In this document: positions 1 through 10,015 of the stretch, piece by piece
How positions within the stretch are numbered: position 1 is the stretch's first letter
Layout of the letters: each line of letters begins with the position of its first letter
DNA from: a virus
Strand: one strand, 5' to 3'
DNA length: 64,000 nucleotides
Virus record (IMG/VR): IMGVR_UViG_3300000651_000003
Location: 33,309 to 97,308 of that record
Made by a program: the position numbers and the translations under genes
The notes under the pieces: model-generated
Databases searched by the model: none
The model's input: only the letters and a program-made list of their open reading frames with translations
What the model was told of the DNA's origin: nothing

Positions 1-1
1 C

Positions 2-712
2 GCCTTCCACAAGGACATTGGTTATCAGACTCGTGCAAACGCTGATGCCCAAATTGACCTCGACCGTGACGCTACCACCTTCGTTACTCAGCGGCTTCTG
101 CTCCGGCAGGAAATCCAGTGGGTCAGCGATTGTTTCACCACCGGTAAATGGGGCACCGACGTTGTAGGCGGTACCAACTTTACCCAGTGGAGTGACTTCA
201 CAGCCGGCGATCCTATTGAAGACGTTGAACAGGGTAAGGAGACCGTGTTGGCCAATACTGGGTTCATGCCGAACACCATGGTGCTCGGATACCAGACCTA
301 CCGCAAGGTACGCAATCACCCAGTCATCATTGACCGCATCAAGTACACCACTGGAGTTACTGGAAGAACGGTGACTCCGGCTCTGCTCGCTCAAATGTGG
401 GATATCGATCGCGTGCTGGTGGCTCGTGCAGTCAAGGCTACCAACAAAGAAGGTGAAACAGCCGCAATGTCGTTCACCTTTGGGAAGCACGCCCTGCTCG
501 CTTACGTGAACCCGAACCCGGGACTACTGACGCCTAGCGCTGGTTACACGTTCTCATGGCGTGGTGTTTCACAGGGACTCGGCGCAGACGTTGGCATCAC
601 CACTTTCCCGATTCGTCGCCTGAAGGCAGACCGGGTTGAAGGTGAAGTAGCGTTCGCAAACCAGATTGTGGGAAGCGACCTCGGTTACTTCTTCTCCGGC
701 GCAGTAGCGTAA
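2..712 (+). CDS. major capsid protein, C-terminal part (5' truncated by window)
   Basis: Frame is open from nt 2 (AFHKDIGYQTRANADAQIDLDRDATTFVTQRLLLRQE...WSD...DPIEDVE...PNTMVLG...PSAGYTF), which resembles Phage_cap_E-like capsid proteins; followed by head/tail genes. Confidence 0.85.
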   Translation, partial: AFHKDIGYQTRANADAQIDLDRDATTFVTQRLLLRQEIQWVSDCFTTGKWGTDVVGGTNFTQWSDFTAGDPIEDVEQGKETVLANTGFMPNTMVLGYQTYRKVRNHPVIIDRIKYTTGVTGRTVTPALLAQMWDIDRVLVARAVKATNKEGETAAMSFTFGKHALLAYVNPNPGLLTPSAGYTFSWRGVSQGLGADVGITTFPIRRLKADRVEGEVAFANQIVGSDLGYFFSGAVA

Positions 713-748
713 ATCGGTAATTCAAACCTTAAGCCTTAGGAGGCCGGA

Positions 749-1060
749 ATGAAAGTACTGGAAGGCAGAGAACGCGAACTCAAAGAACACTTCGCAAACC
801 ACGCAGTACCGTTTCGAGTGGTCACCGCAGACGACGAGGAAAGTCTCATGTGCATGGACATGACTCAGATTCCTCACGCTTTGCGGTCTGAGTTCGACGA
901 GACTGGGTTGTTCGTAGGAACTACGGTCGATGAAACCGCCGCAGCCGTCGAAACCGCAGAGCCACAGGAAACTACAGTCGAACCTTTGTCTATTGATGAA
1001 GCAGTGGCGCAGACCATTGCTCAGAATCCCAGCACTGAAGCTCCGGCTTCCCAAGAATGA
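749..1060 (+). CDS. acidic hypothetical protein next to capsid
   Basis: AGGAGG RBS at ~737; carries VEPLSIDE motif. Confidence 0.6.
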   Translation: MKVLEGRERELKEHFANHAVPFRVVTADDEESLMCMDMTQIPHALRSEFDETGLFVGTTVDETAAAVETAEPQETTVEPLSIDEAVAQTIAQNPSTEAPASQE

Positions 1061-1323
1061 TAATGGGTTCTAGGCACACACATCGGGTTTTACGACCTTT
1101 CCCGGCAAGCGGCTCTGAGGTATTGGCTGCCGGCACTCTGGTGAATGCAAGTACTTGGCGTTACACTGACTTGTTGGTCGCGCAAGGGTACATAGAGGCT
1201 ATCAACGATGACGAGCCGGTGGAAGCCCTGAGTATCGAGCCTGAACAGAAACCCAAACCTTGGGAGTCCAACGTGGCAATTCCGTTAGAGGGAGAACAAC
1301 GACATCATGACGACGCCAAATAG
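1057..1323 (+). CDS. small head-region hypothetical protein
   Basis: ATGA overlap with upstream gene; carries DEPVEALSIE motif. Confidence 0.6.
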   Translation: MIMGSRHTHRVLRPFPASGSEVLAAGTLVNASTWRYTDLLVAQGYIEAINDDEPVEALSIEPEQKPKPWESNVAIPLEGEQRHHDDAK

Positions 1324-1702
1324 AGCAACAGGTGGAATGCTATCTGCAGGAGGGTTCTCTGCCAGAGACGGAGTCAGCGGTGGGTTCATTCCGGCTAGTC
1401 AAGTCATGGCCGCCGACGGAGCCATCACGATAAAGAACGGCGTTGTATTCATAACGAAGTCGTCAGCTGCGGCCATTACGTTGGCCGCTCCTATCTCAGG
1501 TACTGACGATTTCAAGACGTTGAAAATCCTTTCGGCCACTGCTCAGGCACATACCGTTACCAATGCTTCTCCCGGATTCAATGGTGGTGGTGCAGCCAGC
1601 GACGTCGGTACATTCGGAGCCGCAAAAGGCAACGGCTTTGTTGCGGTGGCATATCAAGGTACTTGGTATGTTCAGTCCAATGTGGGTGTCACTTTTGCAT
1701 AG
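1307..1702 (+). CDS. putative head decoration/head fibre protein
   Basis: Gly/Ala/Thr-rich beta protein (AAITLAAP...AQAHTVT...GTWYV) in head module. Confidence 0.55.
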   Translation: MTTPNRATGGMLSAGGFSARDGVSGGFIPASQVMAADGAITIKNGVVFITKSSAAAITLAAPISGTDDFKTLKILSATAQAHTVTNASPGFNGGGAASDVGTFGAAKGNGFVAVAYQGTWYVQSNVGVTFA

Positions 1703-1720
1703 TGACCGAGTCTTCGAAAA

Positions 1721-2179
1721 ATGGGATGGTCTTACGATTCATCGAAACTCGACGTACCGCTAAATCAAGTTCGCTTCTTGATTGGCGACACGATTGAAGG
1801 TGCCGCGTTAATTGAAGACGACGACGAAATCCAATTCTGCTTAACCCAGAAAAACAATAACATATATCTAGCTGGAGCCTTTGCACTAAGACGAGGCTCC
1901 GCTAGGCTTCTGCGCGAACTCAAGTTAATCGCTAATAAGGGCGGACTTGAGGATGATACTATGGCCCAGTCGCAGGAGTTGCTGAAGCGGGCCGCAGAGT
2001 TGGAGTCAGAAGCAGTCAAGGCTGGGGGTGTTTCGTTCTACTTTGGAGGTATTTCGAAGGCAGATGTTCAGACTCGCGAACAGGATGATGATCGGGTTGA
2101 CCCAGCTGTAACAGTTGACTCATTTGAACCGAACAGTGTTCCAGTTTCTGAGATTCCGGATACGATTTGGAGATGGTAA
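1721..2179 (+). CDS. head-tail adaptor (connector)
   Basis: N-terminal WSYD...QVRFLIGDT...DDEI pattern; position. Confidence 0.7.
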   Translation: MGWSYDSSKLDVPLNQVRFLIGDTIEGAALIEDDDEIQFCLTQKNNNIYLAGAFALRRGSARLLRELKLIANKGGLEDDTMAQSQELLKRAAELESEAVKAGGVSFYFGGISKADVQTREQDDDRVDPAVTVDSFEPNSVPVSEIPDTIWRW

Positions 2180-2183
2180 CTGA

Positions 2184-2612
2184 ATGTCTCTGCAATTTTC
2201 AGTAGCAGCGAAAAAGTTTGCGGCCCGGGCAGTGAGGACTATGCCGCGCAGACTCGTTCTACAGAAAATGCCCTCGGCCACTGACGGTCATGGCTATCCG
2301 CAGAGCACGTATGTTGACATTGATCCAACGCATCCTGTTCCGTGCCTGTTTACAATGAAGTCAGGGCACGAGATGGTGCTCAGCGGGGCTTCGAAAACAG
2401 TTACTCTATACAACTTCGAGATTCCGCAGCTGAATTATTACGACGGCATCTGGGCCAATGTTGATTTCTCCACTAAGTACCGAGTGCACCTGCTTCCAAA
2501 TAACGACCAAGATTTGGAAGATTTGTTGTTGCAAATTATCGGTGGTGGTGGAGACGACGACCCAATCCTTACGTTTCAGGCGGTGACTCTTGACGACTTG
2601 TTATCATCATGA
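2184..2612 (+). CDS. putative head closure protein
   Basis: Position after adaptor; TDGHG...VPC pattern. Confidence 0.5.
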   Translation: MSLQFSVAAKKFAARAVRTMPRRLVLQKMPSATDGHGYPQSTYVDIDPTHPVPCLFTMKSGHEMVLSGASKTVTLYNFEIPQLNYYDGIWANVDFSTKYRVHLLPNNDQDLEDLLLQIIGGGGDDDPILTFQAVTLDDLLSS

Positions 2613-3061
2613 CGGGCTGGGAACTAGGAGATGTAGATGCGCTCATTGAGTCAACACTGGCTAACGATAGCACGATACAGTCGTTGATGGGAGTCAGCCC
2701 CGCCCGGGTGGCTAATTACCGGGTGCCGTCGGATTTGTCATGGAAACTGCTGTACATTTATTTTTACTCGATACCCGGCAACGACATTCGCGTTCAGGGC
2801 AATGGTCGGGTGATGACAACCGTGGACTATGACATTGAAGTACGAACTACGGGCGCACCAACTGATAACTCGCGAGCAATAGTGGCTCGCATTGATGTTT
2901 TGATAGGGGCTATGAAAAGACAGCTAACAGCCAATAGCCAATGGGTTGTATGTGCTACTCCGCTCAAGCCGATTAACATTTTGCAGTCGGGTGAGAGTTC
3001 GGATGTCTTTTATGTTCGTCAGGGGCGCACATACGCCATTCAAGTAGTCCAAGGATTGTAA
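2609..3061 (+). CDS. putative tail terminator/completion protein
   Basis: Position before tail tube; size and alpha/beta pattern (ARIDVLI). Confidence 0.55.
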   Translation: MTGWELGDVDALIESTLANDSTIQSLMGVSPARVANYRVPSDLSWKLLYIYFYSIPGNDIRVQGNGRVMTTVDYDIEVRTTGAPTDNSRAIVARIDVLIGAMKRQLTANSQWVVCATPLKPINILQSGESSDVFYVRQGRTYAIQVVQGL

Positions 3062-3071
3062 AGGAGAACCT

Positions 3072-3275
3072 ATGAGATTTGACAGAGTTGAAGTGCAGGT
3101 GCGGCAAGGTGATGAAGGTCATCCGAAAGAAGTGCATATCCCGGTGCTGAGCGTGCCGGCAAAATCGAACTTTAAGTCTGGCACTTACACAGTGGTTATA
3201 GGTAGCGACGACCCGGGTGGCGGTGTGATCACTGGCGACGACCCGGGAGTGATCACTGGCGACGAACCCAAATAA
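3072..3275 (+). CDS. small hypothetical protein with VITGDDPG repeats
   Basis: AAGGAG RBS; 24-bp tandem unit GTGATCACTGGCGACGA(CCCGGGA). Confidence 0.55.
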   Translation: MRFDRVEVQVRQGDEGHPKEVHIPVLSVPAKSNFKSGTYTVVIGSDDPGGGVITGDDPGVITGDEPK

Positions 3276-3301
3276 CCGATAGATAAGCAAGGGAGAATAC
3301 A

Positions 3302-4336
3302 ATGGCGGGTAGACCAGATGTAACAATTACCAGTCAATTCGGGGTTGAGACCACTCCGGGTACTCCAGTAGCCGCAAACCGGCTGCTGCCTACCATAAGC
3401 TTCACCCCGAAAATCAAACGCGATACCAAACAGTTTCGCGCTCAGGGCAACAAATATAACACCACGTCTCATAAGGCCAAACAGTACGCCGAGGGCGGAT
3501 ATGATGGCATTCTTGACTATAACTCCATCATCTACATTCTTAACGGACTGACAGTTCCAGTAACGTCCCCTGCTGCTATCGTAGGGAGCACGTCAGGCAA
3601 GAAGTGGTCGTATGCTCCTGTCAGCAGAGCATTGGACAACCCAAAGACATATACATTTGAAGTCGGCGGCCCAACAGAGCTTGGTACGAACTTAGTTGAA
3701 CAGTATGCTTATGGTCAGCTAACTTCCCTCACTCTAGATTTGAATCAAGATGATTTGAAACTCAGCGGCAACATGATTTGCCAGACGGCAGTCGCTAACT
3801 TCACTCAGACCGCCAGTCCTACAATCGTACCTGAACGCCCTTGCCAGAGAGACCAAATCGACGTCTTCTGCGATAATGTGTATGCGACTTTCAACGGAGC
3901 TACTCCGACCAAAGTCACAGACGCAATGGAAGAGAAGATAGAAATCGGGGTTAAGTTCAAGCCGAAATTCGTCCACAACACCACTTTCAAGTCGTTTAAA
4001 GACGCTGTGGAAGTCGCTCCTTCGTTTGTGTACTCATTCCTGCAGGAGCATAACGCCCAGAGCAGAACTGCGCTGGCTGACGTGATCGCAAATGACACCC
4101 CTCAGTGGTTGCGCATCCAAGCGAAAGGCTTGGACATAAGCGACGCTCACGACGGGTCAATCACTGAGCTTATTCAGTTCGACGTCTACGGCAAGTACAC
4201 AGAACCGGAAGAGGTGCGCGACGCCCTGACGATGGGAGTCTACGGTTACCGGTATCACTTTGTTGCGTTGGACGATCCAGCAAATATGGGCCGTCCATGG
4301 AGAGCAGTAATTCAGAATACAGTAGCATCATTGTAA
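3302..4336 (+). CDS. major tail tube protein
   Basis: N-terminal QFGVETTPGTPV motif, KTYTFEVG; 344 aa; followed by terminator and chaperone. Confidence 0.85.
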   Translation: MAGRPDVTITSQFGVETTPGTPVAANRLLPTISFTPKIKRDTKQFRAQGNKYNTTSHKAKQYAEGGYDGILDYNSIIYILNGLTVPVTSPAAIVGSTSGKKWSYAPVSRALDNPKTYTFEVGGPTELGTNLVEQYAYGQLTSLTLDLNQDDLKLSGNMICQTAVANFTQTASPTIVPERPCQRDQIDVFCDNVYATFNGATPTKVTDAMEEKIEIGVKFKPKFVHNTTFKSFKDAVEVAPSFVYSFLQEHNAQSRTALADVIANDTPQWLRIQAKGLDISDAHDGSITELIQFDVYGKYTEPEEVRDALTMGVYGYRYHFVALDDPANMGRPWRAVIQNTVASL

Positions 4337-4391
4337 AAACACGAAAACGCTGAACGCGTAGCTCAGTGAGCGCGCCTAAGCAACGAACAAC

Positions 4392-4439
4392 AGAAGCTCG
4401 GCAGTGAAGACATTCTTTGCTGCCGGGTTTCTACTTTTT
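4392..4439 (+). terminator. intrinsic terminator after tail tube
   Basis: AGAAGCTCGGCAGTGAAG / CTTTGCTGCCGGGTTTCT stem followed by ACTTTTT. Confidence 0.65.
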
Positions 4440-4450
4440 GAGGAGGAAAA

Positions 4451-4825
4451 ATGGGAACCAACGGCAGCGGCAACAACAACCAAGAAACATTTGACCTTAA
4501 TCAGGTTTTCACCAAGGATGTGTTTACCATACCGGTAGAACTAGTCGAGACCGACGACCTCACCGGAGACATAATTAAGCGCAAAGTTCTGGTGACGTAC
4601 AAGTTTGGGAAAGACAACAAGGATGTGTTTGCGCGGAAAGAAGGCCAGTCATACATCGACCAGCTTGAGTCCTTACTCGTCAGGATTCGAGGAGGTGGCG
4701 ACGATTTTGATAAGAGTGTGCTCACGAAAGATTACATAGCAGCCATGCGAGACAAGCACGTTATCCAGATCGTGGAAGCTATTTCAAATGATATCTACCC
4801 AAACATGAAGACCTCCATAGTTTAA
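4451..4825 (+). CDS. tail assembly chaperone (G-like)
   Basis: Between tail tube and tape measure; GAGGAGG RBS; slippery heptamer near 3' end. Confidence 0.75.
   Translation: MGTNGSGNNNQETFDLNQVFTKDVFTIPVELVETDDLTGDIIKRKVLVTYKFGKDNKDVFARKEGQSYIDQLESLLVRIRGGGDDFDKSVLTKDYIAAMRDKHVIQIVEAISNDIYPNMKTSIV
4798..4804 (+). promoter_or_regulatory. -1 programmed frameshift site C CCA AAC
   Basis: In-frame X XXY YYZ heptamer; -1 frame is open (KHEDLHSLMMHYAYG...) through 5019. Confidence 0.75.
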
Positions 4826-5019
4826 TGATGCACTACGCCTATGGAGAGCAGTCTAGGCAATCGAAAGACACGCCAGACAGAGTAGTGATGGAGTTAGCCT
4901 TGGATTTGCACTTGACGCCAGACCAAGTGAGGTCAATAAACATTCGAGATCTCAACAAGCTCAAAATGGTCAGGGCCGCCCGCATACTTGGTCAGATGCA
5001 AAAGAGTCAGGAGTTCTGA
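4825..5019 (+). CDS. tail assembly chaperone frameshift extension (T-like)
   Basis: -1 frame relative to 4451..4825; LALDLHLTPDQV pattern resembles GT extensions. Confidence 0.7.
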   Translation: MMHYAYGEQSRQSKDTPDRVVMELALDLHLTPDQVRSINIRDLNKLKMVRAARILGQMQKSQEF

Positions 5020-5435
5020 TGTACACAGTCAATGCAAAAGTCGTAGGACCAACGCCACAAGAGATGTCAAAGAAGCTGGCTGAGCAGGCAGGTCAGGTGG
5101 TGCTTGCTCAGGCGTTAGGCGCCGTTTCCACCCTCTACCAAATTTACCCGGTGGGTGCTGAGCATAAAGACGGTAGCCCGCATACAAGAGACACTTTCAA
5201 AGTCATCGACGAGAAGGGACACATCTATGGCGAGAAAGGCAACTTCTCTGGTGACGGCTCAAGTTATGTAGCTTCCAAGGACAATAAACTTAAGTTGCTT
5301 ACTGCAGGAGCTTCGTTCTTCCTAGAGTGGGGAACGATCTTCATGGAACCTCAGCCGCTGATACGAATGATAATGAAAAGAGCTCAACAATCAATATCTA
5401 ACGCGCTGAAAAAACTAAACCTTAAACTGAAGTAG
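5019..5435 (+). CDS. HK97 gp10-like neck/tail component
   Basis: FLEWGTIFMEPQPLIR matches the gp10-family EyGT..M.aQP motif. Confidence 0.7.
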   Translation: MYTVNAKVVGPTPQEMSKKLAEQAGQVVLAQALGAVSTLYQIYPVGAEHKDGSPHTRDTFKVIDEKGHIYGEKGNFSGDGSSYVASKDNKLKLLTAGASFFLEWGTIFMEPQPLIRMIMKRAQQSISNALKKLNLKLK

Positions 5436-5444
5436 GAGAACTCG

Positions 5445-8378
5445 ATGCCAGACACAATCGGCCAACAGATCGTATGGGAGTTCGTTCCTAACACTGCTCC
5501 TATGGACGCAGCCTTCGTTAAGGCTGACTCCAAAGCGAAGCAGCACGTTAGCTCTGTCAATACCTACTTCAAGGAAGTTGGCAAAACGATTAACATCGGC
5601 ACTCACTTCGATTCTGCAGCAAAGAAGACCGAGTCCTCAGCCAAGGAACACGTTGGTAGGTTGAATTCAATTTTCTCAAAGGTAGGTGAAGGGATAACAA
5701 GTAAGCTTGGCGGCATCGCGTCTGGAGTTGCGTCTGTATTTGGTGGAGGATTTGCTCTCAATGCATTGTCCGGAGCGGAAAGCGCTGTCAGCAGTCTAGC
5801 TCAGACTGGACTGGAGTTCGCAGAGAACTGGGAGAAGGCTCACCTTCGCATGACAGCATTCACAGGTGATGCTCATGAGGCTACGATCGTTCTCAAACAA
5901 CTACAGCAAATATCCGTTGACCGAGCTATGCAGATGCAACCACTCTCGGATGCTGCATTCAAACTTGCCGAGATTGGAATTCAAGGCGACAAAGCAGTCA
6001 ACATAATGAAGGGCATTACTGCCCAAGCCGCGGTGCTCGGTCGAGGGGCCGAAGGTGTCAATTCTATCGTCATGCAGTTAGAGATGATGGTTGACTCAGG
6101 TAAGGCGGCTGGTCAAGGTCTAATGCGCCTCGAGCGCCAAGGCTACCAAGTCTTCCAGACTCTGTCGAAAATGACTGGTATCTCAAATATCGACCTACGC
6201 AAAATGATGATGCAGGGTCGATTGGATCCAAAGGTAGCGATTGAGCTGCTGACTGAGGGTTGGGAAAAACAATTCGGCGAAGCTGCTAATAAAATCACCC
6301 ACACATTTTCCGATGAGCAGACCCGGACGATGAATGCCCTCGCTCCTCAACTCGCTACTGCAATGGGGCCAATCATCGACGCTGCCGGTCACACGATGAA
6401 GGATATTCAGGCAGTGATCAATCAGGCTGGCCCCGGGTTTGCAGAAGGAATTAGCGGTGCAATGTCACTGGCTGCGGGAGCCATGACTAAAGCGCTCGAC
6501 TACCTCATTGAACTCGCCGGGATAAAGCTTGAGACACATTCACCTTCAAAAGTGTTCGAGCGCATGGGCACCGAAGTCATGCAAGGGTTAGGTAATGGTT
6601 TCATACAAGGACAAGACAAAGCTCAGAGAGCGTTGGAAGAAACTTACCGCAGAATCATTGCAAACACTGACCTTCAAAAGCTGGTTCAAGAGGCTTCCAA
6701 ACAATTCAATGTACCAGCTGAACTTATCAATGCTGTTATGGCAAAAGAGTCGGGCGGCAACCCAAATGCATACAACCCCAAGGCGGGGGCCACAGGGTTG
6801 ATGCAATTTACTGCTGGCACCGCATCTAGGTATAACATCACAAACAGGAGGGATCCTCGACAAAGCATATTTGGTGGTGCCCACTATTTATCAGATTTGT
6901 TAGGTATGTTCGGCGGAGATGTCAGTTTAGCCCTTGCTGGCTATAATGCTGGTGAAGGCAAGGTTATGAAGTATGGTAACGAGGTTCCTCCTTATGCAGA
7001 AACCCAAGACTACGTCAAACGCATAACTCAACTGCTAGAAAATGTAGTACGCAATTCAACATCCGCAGGCTCCTCCGTGGTGTCTACAGGTGGGTCTATC
7101 AAAGTTGATGACGAGATGACCCGGGCGTACGAAACTAAGATAAAGGAGATTCAGGGAAAACTTAACACCTACAACGACGCAATCGCACAGGCTACCCAGA
7201 GGGCTATGGCTGGTGGAGGGCGTGACCCGGGAGCATTGAGAGCAGGCATCGAGCTGAATGAATACCGGAGTCAGTTCAAGGAACTCAGCGCTGAATACAG
7301 CGACCTACAAAAGGCACTCCATGATTACATTAAATCTGTGGAAGATGCTCGTGCCAACGCTCACGTTTTTGATTGGTTCAAGGATGCGGCGAATGGAAAG
7401 ATAATACCACAAGGTTCCTCGACAACATTATTTCCATTTGCAGGGCATCCTCTAGGACTATCTCCTGTGACAACAACTCCGTCAGGAGTGTCTGCGTTTG
7501 CTGGCCCTACTATTCAAGGCAGGGGGTTTCAGAGTCTGAACTCGGTGCAGACCTTCAGTAGCTTTGAAAAGACCACTGAAGAAACGTCTGCTTCGATTGG
7601 TAAACTGGCTAAGAGTGCTCAAGATTTGTATACAGAGGAGCAAAAGAGAACTAACGCATTACGAGTGTCAAGGATGGAAAGTGTTTTCGGAGAAGCCAGC
7701 CGCAAGCTCGGAGAAGGATTGGACCCTTTTGGGGCTCGTCAGGCAGAAATCGATGCACTTGTAAACACTCCAAAAGCTATCGCAGCCGTCGCTGGTCAGT
7801 TCCTGACAAATTTCAAATTCAGCATGAGTGATGTTCGGCAGATTCTTTCAAGTGGGTTGAAGTCAGTAGTGGTTGAGCCATTCGCAAAAATCGTTGAAGC
7901 TCAGATCACCAAGTGGGTCACTCAAATGATGATTGACCTGCTAGGACAAAAAGCGATGTCTACCCAAAGTGATATTGTCACAGCAGATAATACTCTGACC
8001 ACAAGTTTGAATACAGCAGCAATCACAGCGTTGACCACGGCAATCACTGCTCAAACCGGTAGCTCCTTCTTCGATACTTTAATTCAAGGGGCCGCAGCTG
8101 CTGGTGAGAATGCAGCAGGCGGTGCAGACTTCATTGTACCTCCGGGCTACCCTGACGATAGTTACCGGCTGAATCTGACTTCGGACGAGCACGTAATGGT
8201 AGCTCCTGCTGGCAAACGTTTGGGAGGAGGGAAGCCACAGCAAACGATTCATCAGTACAACATCACTATGAATGCTCCGATCGTAGGAGGCTCTAGCTAC
8301 GCAGCACCGAAGTCACAACGAGAATATATGCATATGTGGGGAGCCGCGATGCAAGACATAATGAAAAAGGTAGCTTAA
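5445..8378 (+). CDS. tape measure protein with SLT lytic transglycosylase domain
   Basis: 977 aa helical; HSPSKVF motif; SLT motifs AVMAKESGGNP, GATGLMQ, ALAGYNAG. Confidence 0.9.
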   Translation: MPDTIGQQIVWEFVPNTAPMDAAFVKADSKAKQHVSSVNTYFKEVGKTINIGTHFDSAAKKTESSAKEHVGRLNSIFSKVGEGITSKLGGIASGVASVFGGGFALNALSGAESAVSSLAQTGLEFAENWEKAHLRMTAFTGDAHEATIVLKQLQQISVDRAMQMQPLSDAAFKLAEIGIQGDKAVNIMKGITAQAAVLGRGAEGVNSIVMQLEMMVDSGKAAGQGLMRLERQGYQVFQTLSKMTGISNIDLRKMMMQGRLDPKVAIELLTEGWEKQFGEAANKITHTFSDEQTRTMNALAPQLATAMGPIIDAAGHTMKDIQAVINQAGPGFAEGISGAMSLAAGAMTKALDYLIELAGIKLETHSPSKVFERMGTEVMQGLGNGFIQGQDKAQRALEETYRRIIANTDLQKLVQEASKQFNVPAELINAVMAKESGGNPNAYNPKAGATGLMQFTAGTASRYNITNRRDPRQSIFGGAHYLSDLLGMFGGDVSLALAGYNAGEGKVMKYGNEVPPYAETQDYVKRITQLLENVVRNSTSAGSSVVSTGGSIKVDDEMTRAYETKIKEIQGKLNTYNDAIAQATQRAMAGGGRDPGALRAGIELNEYRSQFKELSAEYSDLQKALHDYIKSVEDARANAHVFDWFKDAANGKIIPQGSSTTLFPFAGHPLGLSPVTTTPSGVSAFAGPTIQGRGFQSLNSVQTFSSFEKTTEETSASIGKLAKSAQDLYTEEQKRTNALRVSRMESVFGEASRKLGEGLDPFGARQAEIDALVNTPKAIAAVAGQFLTNFKFSMSDVRQILSSGLKSVVVEPFAKIVEAQITKWVTQMMIDLLGQKAMSTQSDIVTADNTLTTSLNTAAITALTTAITAQTGSSFFDTLIQGAAAAGENAAGGADFIVPPGYPDDSYRLNLTSDEHVMVAPAGKRLGGGKPQQTIHQYNITMNAPIVGGSSYAAPKSQREYMHMWGAAMQDIMKKVA

Positions 8379-8379
8379 C

Positions 8380-9138
8380 ATGCCAATCTATTTCGACGAA
8401 ATTCTGCTAGACCCGGGTATGTTTAATCTGAGGTCCATTCAGGGAGGACCCGAGTTCGCTAATGCTAACGAGCGCAATCCTCAGACTGGCATAATGAGTG
8501 TAGCCGTGCTTAGGTACGACCCGTCGATAATGTGGCAATGTAATTTCGAAGACATTAAATTCGACCCGGGACAGTTAGGCGGAGGATCGGGCCTGACTTA
8601 CTTCAACAATTTTTGGTATGGTGGCCTTGGCTCCGCTTATGGTTTCCGAGTTAGGAATCAGTTCGATTATTTTGTGCAGGGTCAGGTAATCGGATCAGGA
8701 GACGGGTCTACACACGACTTCAAACTTTTCAAAACATACACTCGCCCCGGGCCAGCAGGAACAAACGTAGTCTCTGGTCCTTACAATCGCAGGATTATCA
8801 AACCGCTGGCTTCTAGTTTGCTCAGTGCTGACTCGGTCACTCTCTACGAGTCTGACGGCAGCACAGCCAGAGTGGTAGGTTCTCCTACATGGGAAGTTCC
8901 GTTCGTGGCATACTTAGCAGGCACGCCACAAGTTTCCGGGTTTACCATAAGCAACACTCACGGCATCCTACACTTCACCACTGCCCCGGGAGTTGGCGTT
9001 GAAGTTAAGGTGGATTTTCAATTCGACGTGCCGATGAGATTTCTAACCAACATACCTCAGATGACTGCGGACTTCCCCGCTCAGGTAAGCAGCCTGCCGT
9101 TGGTAGAAATCCTGCCGGCAGAACTGGGTATAACATAA
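8380..9138 (+). CDS. distal tail protein, DUF2460-like
   Basis: GGPEF, G.AYGFR, IGSGDG...FKLFKTY, FQFDVPMRF motifs. Confidence 0.8.
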   Translation: MPIYFDEILLDPGMFNLRSIQGGPEFANANERNPQTGIMSVAVLRYDPSIMWQCNFEDIKFDPGQLGGGSGLTYFNNFWYGGLGSAYGFRVRNQFDYFVQGQVIGSGDGSTHDFKLFKTYTRPGPAGTNVVSGPYNRRIIKPLASSLLSADSVTLYESDGSTARVVGSPTWEVPFVAYLAGTPQVSGFTISNTHGILHFTTAPGVGVEVKVDFQFDVPMRFLTNIPQMTADFPAQVSSLPLVEILPAELGIT

Positions 9139-10005
9139 ATGCCATATACACCGACAACCTCAGCTGGGATGATAACTGCTCTTGGGTCGAACGTTGTATT
9201 TCTCTGTCCTATTTGGAAAATCACATCCCGAGACGGACTCACAGCCGCATACTGTGGTCACACTAGACCAGCTGCCGGCAAGAACTGGAATCCTCTGACG
9301 CCTTTTCTATTCAACGGAGTAACATATACACCGTCCGCATCAGTGAATACCCGGGATGTGCATAAAATTGGGTTCAGCCCTAACAGCAGTCAGATCAACG
9401 GTGTATTTGATAACATTATCAAACGGTCCGAGGTGGAAGGCGGACGCTGGAAGCTAGCCAAGGTTACATATGAGTATGTGAACTACCTTGACTTGACTCT
9501 TGGCTCGACTGGAAAAATTGTAGGAGTCGTAGGGCAAATCGAAGTCAAGAATCCAGAGTATACGATGGAGTTTTTCTCTAATGCCCAGTTGCTACATCAA
9601 CTAATCGGTGACATGACGTCACCCACCGATCGTAGCAACTTCCCAGCCGGCTTGTTGAAAACCTCGTATCAATCAAATCGAAATGTGGTTTCGTCCGCTG
9701 ACCAACGCCACTTGGTTGTTGACGGCGCAGCCATTGCTGACAACTATTACACGGAAGGAATCGTTTTCTGGACGACAGGCAATAATGCGAAGTACAACGG
9801 AATGGAAATCAAGAGCAATACTGGGAACACTCTTGAGCTCCAACTCCCGATGCCTGAAGTGATTACAGCCGGCGACCATGTAACGCTGCTGGCTGGGTAT
9901 GACGGTACCCGAGACCAAATGAAGTCAAAATTCAGCGATATGATCGACTTCCAAGGGGAGCCGGATTTGCCCGGTCTACGCGTTCCATTTAGTTACCCTC
10001 AGTAG
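9139..10005 (+). CDS. tail tip hub protein, DUF2163/BR0599-like
   Basis: WKITSRDG, G...WTTGNN, AGD.VTLLAGYDGT...KF...FQGEP motifs. Confidence 0.8.
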   Translation: MPYTPTTSAGMITALGSNVVFLCPIWKITSRDGLTAAYCGHTRPAAGKNWNPLTPFLFNGVTYTPSASVNTRDVHKIGFSPNSSQINGVFDNIIKRSEVEGGRWKLAKVTYEYVNYLDLTLGSTGKIVGVVGQIEVKNPEYTMEFFSNAQLLHQLIGDMTSPTDRSNFPAGLLKTSYQSNRNVVSSADQRHLVVDGAAIADNYYTEGIVFWTTGNNAKYNGMEIKSNTGNTLELQLPMPEVITAGDHVTLLAGYDGTRDQMKSKFSDMIDFQGEPDLPGLRVPFSYPQ

Positions 10006-10015
10006 GAGCCATATC

